This document shows, piece by piece, positions 60,086 through 64,000 of a DNA stretch of 64,000 nt. This DNA comes from Paenibacillaceae bacterium (lineage in GTDB: Bacteria; Bacillota; Bacilli; Paenibacillales; CANHGK01), in the NCBI GenBank assembly GCA_947460235.1, contig CANHGK010000008.1, positions 13,453 to 77,452 on the forward strand. The letters run 5' to 3'. Numbering within the stretch: position 1 is the first letter of the stretch; each line of letters opens with the position of its first letter. The notes below the pieces were generated by a model that was not told the origin of the DNA, searched no databases, and worked only from the letters and a program-made list of their open reading frames with translations. The translations under genes and the position numbers were made by a program.

Positions 60086-62197
60086 ATGCCGATTAAGGTA
60101 CCTGATTTTTTACCGGCGAAGGAAACGTTGGTACGTGAAAATATTTTCGTAATGGATGAATCGCGTGCATATCAACAAGATATTCGCCCGCTTAGTATCG
60201 CAATTTTAAATTTAATGCCTAATAAAGAAGTGACAGAAACACAATTGCTTCGATTGATTGGGAATACCCCACTTCAAATCGAAGTAACGTTACTGCATCC
60301 TGCAACGCATCGTGCGAAACATACAGACGAAGCGTACTTGCAGTCTTTTTATCGTACATTTGAAGAGATTAAGGAACATAATGTCGATGGATTGATCATT
60401 ACCGGAGCGCCGATTGGGCATTTACCATATGATCAGGTGAGTTATTGGGAAGAGTTGAAGCAAATTATGGAGTGGAGTAAGAAACATGTTACTTCTACTT
60501 TATTCTTATGCTGGGGCGCGCTTGCTGGACTGTACCATCATTATGGAATTGAGAAAGTTTATGATGACAAAAAGACATTCGGAATTTTTCCGCATAAACG
60601 CAGTTTGCGAAATAAGCCTTTGATGCGCGGATTTGATGATGTGTTCTGGGTTCCGCATTCCCGCTATAACTATATTCGCAAGGCAGATGTCGATGCACAT
60701 CCAGAATTAGAAATCTTGTCTGAATCCGAGGAAACGGGTGTGTATTTAGTTGCATCTAAGGATGGCCGGCATGTTTTTGTAACTGGTCATGCAGAATATG
60801 AAGCTAATTCACTTCGTGAAGAATATGAACGAGATCAAATACGTGGGTTAGATACGTCGATCCCGGAGAACTATTTCCCGAATAACGACCCATCCAGAGA
60901 TGTGATGGTGTCCTGGCGGGCGCATGCATCACTTATGTTTAGTAACTGGTTGAACTATTACGTCTATCAAGCGACTCCGTACGATGTTGAACGAGTGAAT
61001 TTGCCAGTGATGGATTGGCGTTCGAAAGGGTTTTTGATGGACTCAAGACTTGCCCAAATCGGCACACATTCGGATCCTGCTACGGGCGGTGTAAGTTTTC
61101 CAATTTATAATTCAACGGCATTCCGGCATCCGGGTCTCGGCCAAAGTACAGGATTTGACTATTCGCGTTCAAAAAACCCTACGCGTTCCGTGCTTGAACA
61201 AGCCATTGCGGAGATTGAGAGCGGTGACACGGGTTTCGCATGTAGTACTGGTATGGCGGCGTTGCAGACGGTATTTGCTTTATTCCGTACAGGCGATCAT
61301 TTGATTTGTTCACTTGATTTGTACGGTGGTACATACCGGATGATTGAACAAATATTATCGCGTGCGGGTGTGACTGCATCATATGTGGATACGAATGATT
61401 TACAGGCCATCGAATCAGTGGCCAAACCAGAAACAAAAGCTATTTTCATTGAGACTCCGACGAATCCGATGATGATGATTACGGATATACGCAAAGCTGC
61501 AAAGTGGGCGAAGGCACGCGGTTTGCTTACGATTGTAGATAATACGTTAATGACTCCATATTTCCAGCGTCCGATTGAACTTGGAGCGGATATCGTTGTG
61601 CATAGTGCGACCAAATATTTGGGCGGACACAATGACGTTTTAGCGGGTTTAATTGTGACAAAGGGCGAGAAACTTAACACGGAAATGGCCTTTTTGCATA
61701 ATGCAATTGGTGCTGTTCTCGGAGCGAACGACAGTTGGTTGTTAATGCGCGGGATGAAAACATTGGCGCTTCGGATGGAGCGTCACGAATACAATGCGAC
61801 GATGTTGGCGCAATATTTGACAAAACATCCGCTAGTTGAAAATGTATTTTATCCAGGGCTTAAGATTCACCCGGGATATGAAGTGCAGAAGGAACAGGCA
61901 ACAGGTAATACGGGGATTTTCTCATTCCGAGTGAAAGATTCGCGCTATGTTGCGCCAATACTGAAACACATTAAATTGATCAATTTTGCGGAAAGTCTGG
62001 GCGGTGTTGAATCGCTGATGACCTATCCAATGGTGCAGACGCATTCCAATATTCCAGCGCATATCCGTAATGTAATTGGTGTGGATGATTGTTTGCTTCG
62101 TCTTTCCGCTGGCGTAGAGCATATTGATGATTTGGTGGCTGATTTGAGCCAAGCGTTGCAAAAAGCAGCTGACGACGTAGTAGTCGGAGGGGAGTGA
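60086..62197 (+). CDS. metA-metI: in-frame fusion: homoserine O-acyltransferase MetA (N) + cystathionine gamma-synthase/O-acetylhomoserine thiolyase MetI (C)
   Basis: Residues 1-~305 are collinear with MetA through the conserved C-terminus [13 protein letters not shown]. After a ~20-aa linker, a complete Cys/Met-PLP enzyme follows (LAQIG...PIYNSTAF...SATKYLGGH). No stop codon separates them. GGAGGG RBS before ATG 60086. An internal AAAGGG plus ATG (MDSRLAQIG) sits at the junction. Confidence 0.7.
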   Translation: MPIKVPDFLPAKETLVRENIFVMDESRAYQQDIRPLSIAILNLMPNKEVTETQLLRLIGNTPLQIEVTLLHPATHRAKHTDEAYLQSFYRTFEEIKEHNVDGLIITGAPIGHLPYDQVSYWEELKQIMEWSKKHVTSTLFLCWGALAGLYHHYGIEKVYDDKKTFGIFPHKRSLRNKPLMRGFDDVFWVPHSRYNYIRKADVDAHPELEILSESEETGVYLVASKDGRHVFVTGHAEYEANSLREEYERDQIRGLDTSIPENYFPNNDPSRDVMVSWRAHASLMFSNWLNYYVYQATPYDVERVNLPVMDWRSKGFLMDSRLAQIGTHSDPATGGVSFPIYNSTAFRHPGLGQSTGFDYSRSKNPTRSVLEQAIAEIESGDTGFACSTGMAALQTVFALFRTGDHLICSLDLYGGTYRMIEQILSRAGVTASYVDTNDLQAIESVAKPETKAIFIETPTNPMMMITDIRKAAKWAKARGLLTIVDNTLMTPYFQRPIELGADIVVHSATKYLGGHNDVLAGLIVTKGEKLNTEMAFLHNAIGAVLGANDSWLLMRGMKTLALRMERHEYNATMLAQYLTKHPLVENVFYPGLKIHPGYEVQKEQATGNTGIFSFRVKDSRYVAPILKHIKLINFAESLGGVESLMTYPMVQTHSNIPAHIRNVIGVDDCLLRLSAGVEHIDDLVADLSQALQKAADDVVVGGE

Positions 62198-62203
62198 TTC
62201 ATC

Positions 62204-63364
62204 ATGGCTAATCATCGTGACGAACAACACCAGTTTGAAACAAAATTACTTCATTGGGGCTCCGAAATGGATCCGCACTATGGTGCATCGAATGTTCCAA
62301 TTTATCAATGTTCTACATTTCATCAAGAAGATGTGGACAATCCGCCAGAGCATGACTATACACGTTCTGGTAATCCGACGCGTCAAGCGGTTGAGGATCA
62401 AATTGCCTATCTCGAAGGTGGCGCGCGGGGATTTGCGTTTGCGTCGGGGATGGCTGCGATCAGCACAGCATTTTTCTTATTGAGCGCTGGAGATCATGTC
62501 ATCGTGACCGAAGATGTGTATGGCGGGACGTATCGTATTTTAACGACATTGCTGAAACAAATGAACATCGAATCAACGTTCGTAGATATGACAAATATCG
62601 ACGAGGTGAAAGCAGCACTCAAACCGAACACCAAAGCAGTATATATGGAAACGCCGTCTAATCCGACACTTCGGATTACGGATATTCGTACGGTTTGTGA
62701 TTGGGCGCATGCAAATGGGTTGCTCACGATGCTCGATAACACATTTATGACGCCGTATCACCAAAAGTCGATTCCTCTTGGCGTCGATGTGGTATTGCAT
62801 AGTGCAACTAAATTTCTTGGCGGACATTCAGATGTGCTTGCAGGGTTGGCTGTCGCTGCAAATGACTCAATTGGTCGCCGTTTAAAAGGATTGCAGAATA
62901 GTCTTGGCAACGTTGCCGGACAATTTGATTCCTGGTTACTCATGCGCGGAATCAAAACATTGGCAGTTCGCATGGAGCAACATGAGTCGAGCGCGCGTAA
63001 GTTAGCGCAGTGGCTCGTTACCGATCCGCGCGTTGTGAATGTATTTTATCCAGGGTTACCGAATCATCCAGGCCGTGTTGTTCACGAATCACAGTCCAAA
63101 GGTTACGGCGCGATCGTATCGTTCGACGTCGGTTCAGGTGAACGTGCCCGCGAAGTCATGAGTAAAGTGAAATTGCCACTCGTTGCTGTGAGTCTAGGTG
63201 CAGTCGAAAGTATTCTCTCGTATCCACCCAAAATGTCGCATGCCGCGATGCCGCAAGAAGTTCGCATGGCACGTGGAATTACCGATGGCGTGTTACGATT
63301 CTCTGTCGGTTTAGAAAATATTGATGATTTAATTGCGGATTTGGATCAAGCATTGGGTAAATAG
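62204..63364 (+). CDS. metC: cystathionine beta-lyase
   Basis: Cys/Met-metabolism PLP family, collinear with Bacillus MetC (SATKFLGGHSDV). GGAGGGGAG RBS. Confidence 0.8.
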   Translation: MANHRDEQHQFETKLLHWGSEMDPHYGASNVPIYQCSTFHQEDVDNPPEHDYTRSGNPTRQAVEDQIAYLEGGARGFAFASGMAAISTAFFLLSAGDHVIVTEDVYGGTYRILTTLLKQMNIESTFVDMTNIDEVKAALKPNTKAVYMETPSNPTLRITDIRTVCDWAHANGLLTMLDNTFMTPYHQKSIPLGVDVVLHSATKFLGGHSDVLAGLAVAANDSIGRRLKGLQNSLGNVAGQFDSWLLMRGIKTLAVRMEQHESSARKLAQWLVTDPRVVNVFYPGLPNHPGRVVHESQSKGYGAIVSFDVGSGERAREVMSKVKLPLVAVSLGAVESILSYPPKMSHAAMPQEVRMARGITDGVLRFSVGLENIDDLIADLDQALGK

Positions 63365-63531
63365 CGTATAAAAAGGTCGATTTCTCATGTTCATTTTTTA
63401 TGAACTTGAAGAAATTGACCTTTTTTGATGTGAAATAACGTTTAGGATTGATGGTAAGGATTGGACGTATAGAAGGGAAACGTGAGGTGGGGCAGGAATT
63501 TATTTAGACACGGTGAAAGGACGGTGGGTGA

Positions 63532-64000
63532 TGGGTAAGTTTAGGAATTTTAAAGCCTTGTTTCGAAATAGCTTAGGTAAGCGGCTTTTTATCATATCAT
63601 TGCTCAGTATTTTTACGGTAGTGGGCGTTGCGGAAGTGTTTGCATTTCCGAAGTATGTGGACAATTTGGTGCAGACGAAACGTGATTCATTACAAATGTC
63701 CGTGCGTCAGTCGCGCGATCAATTGGATTATTTTTTGGGTGCATTTATTGATATTAGTACCAAATTAAATAAAGATTTACGGTTGCGAGAGACATTAAAT
63801 AACATTGTAGAAAAAGATAAGAATGGTCAAATTTCATTGCGTAATTTGGCGGTGAATGAGGCGCAGCAACTCGTGCAAAATGAGTTTGATACCTTAAATC
63901 AGGTTTGGGGAATTCGTTTATTTCGGTGGACTAATCAGGCCAACTACGAAGGTAGCTATCAAGGGCTTCAATCCCGTATTTTGCAAGATCCGACGTTATT
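63532..64000 (+). CDS. membrane sensor protein, N-terminal fragment (runs off window)
   Basis: ATG 63532 after GGTGGGTGATG. One TM (LFIISLLSIFTVVGVA) followed by an extracytoplasmic domain. Incomplete at the window edge. Confidence 0.3.

Noticed and set aside
1-64000. tRNA, rRNA, CRISPR arrays, IS elements or transposases, prophage or defense-system genes
   Set aside because: I scanned for a T-loop GTTCGAATC context, rRNA-like conserved stretches, regularly spaced direct repeats, and DDE or tyrosine-recombinase motifs. I also looked for nuclease or ATPase defense signatures in the hypothetical genes. None were found.

Overview
This 64-kb window is chromosomal DNA from a low-GC Gram-positive bacterium of Bacillales type. 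That call rests on Bacillus-style housekeeping and sporulation-associated genes: citB/acnA, ddl, tkt, pgi, ilvD, mutS2, a cwlD-like amidase, a Spo0E-like phosphatase, YneF and a YpfA/DgrA-like protein. I call about 65 protein-coding genes. I found no rRNA, tRNA, CRISPR array, transposase or obvious prophage. Core metabolism dominates: queG, folE, purU, tkt, ppnP, queD, the cysPTWA sulfate ABC transporter, pgi, ilvD, a metA-metI-metC cluster, two class-I aminotransferases, a PduO-type adenosyltransferase, an RluA-family pseudouridine synthase and corA. The main item of interest is at 7.27-13.76 kb. A guanidine-I (ykkC) riboswitch with a terminator-type expression platform precedes a tightly coupled 8-gene operon. 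The operon encodes an NMT1/TauA-family ABC importer, an arginase-family ureohydrolase, and a complete CbiM / PDGLE(CbiN-like) / CbiQ-CbiO nickel/cobalt transporter. Together they look like a guanidine-inducible, probably Ni-dependent, guanidine-hydrolase module with its own metal-uptake system. Other notable items follow. An orphan class-II (CheA-type HPt + ATPase) histidine kinase is fused to a 7TMR-DISM sensor. Five PilZ-domain proteins occur in the window: three short paralogs, a DgrA-like protein, and one fused to a HIBADH-type dehydrogenase. An HD-GYP protein has a degenerate GYP motif. A 1309-aa secreted protein carries 7 propeller-like repeats and 4 cadherin-like repeats. MetA and MetI are fused in frame. 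A secreted protein is rich in His/Gly.
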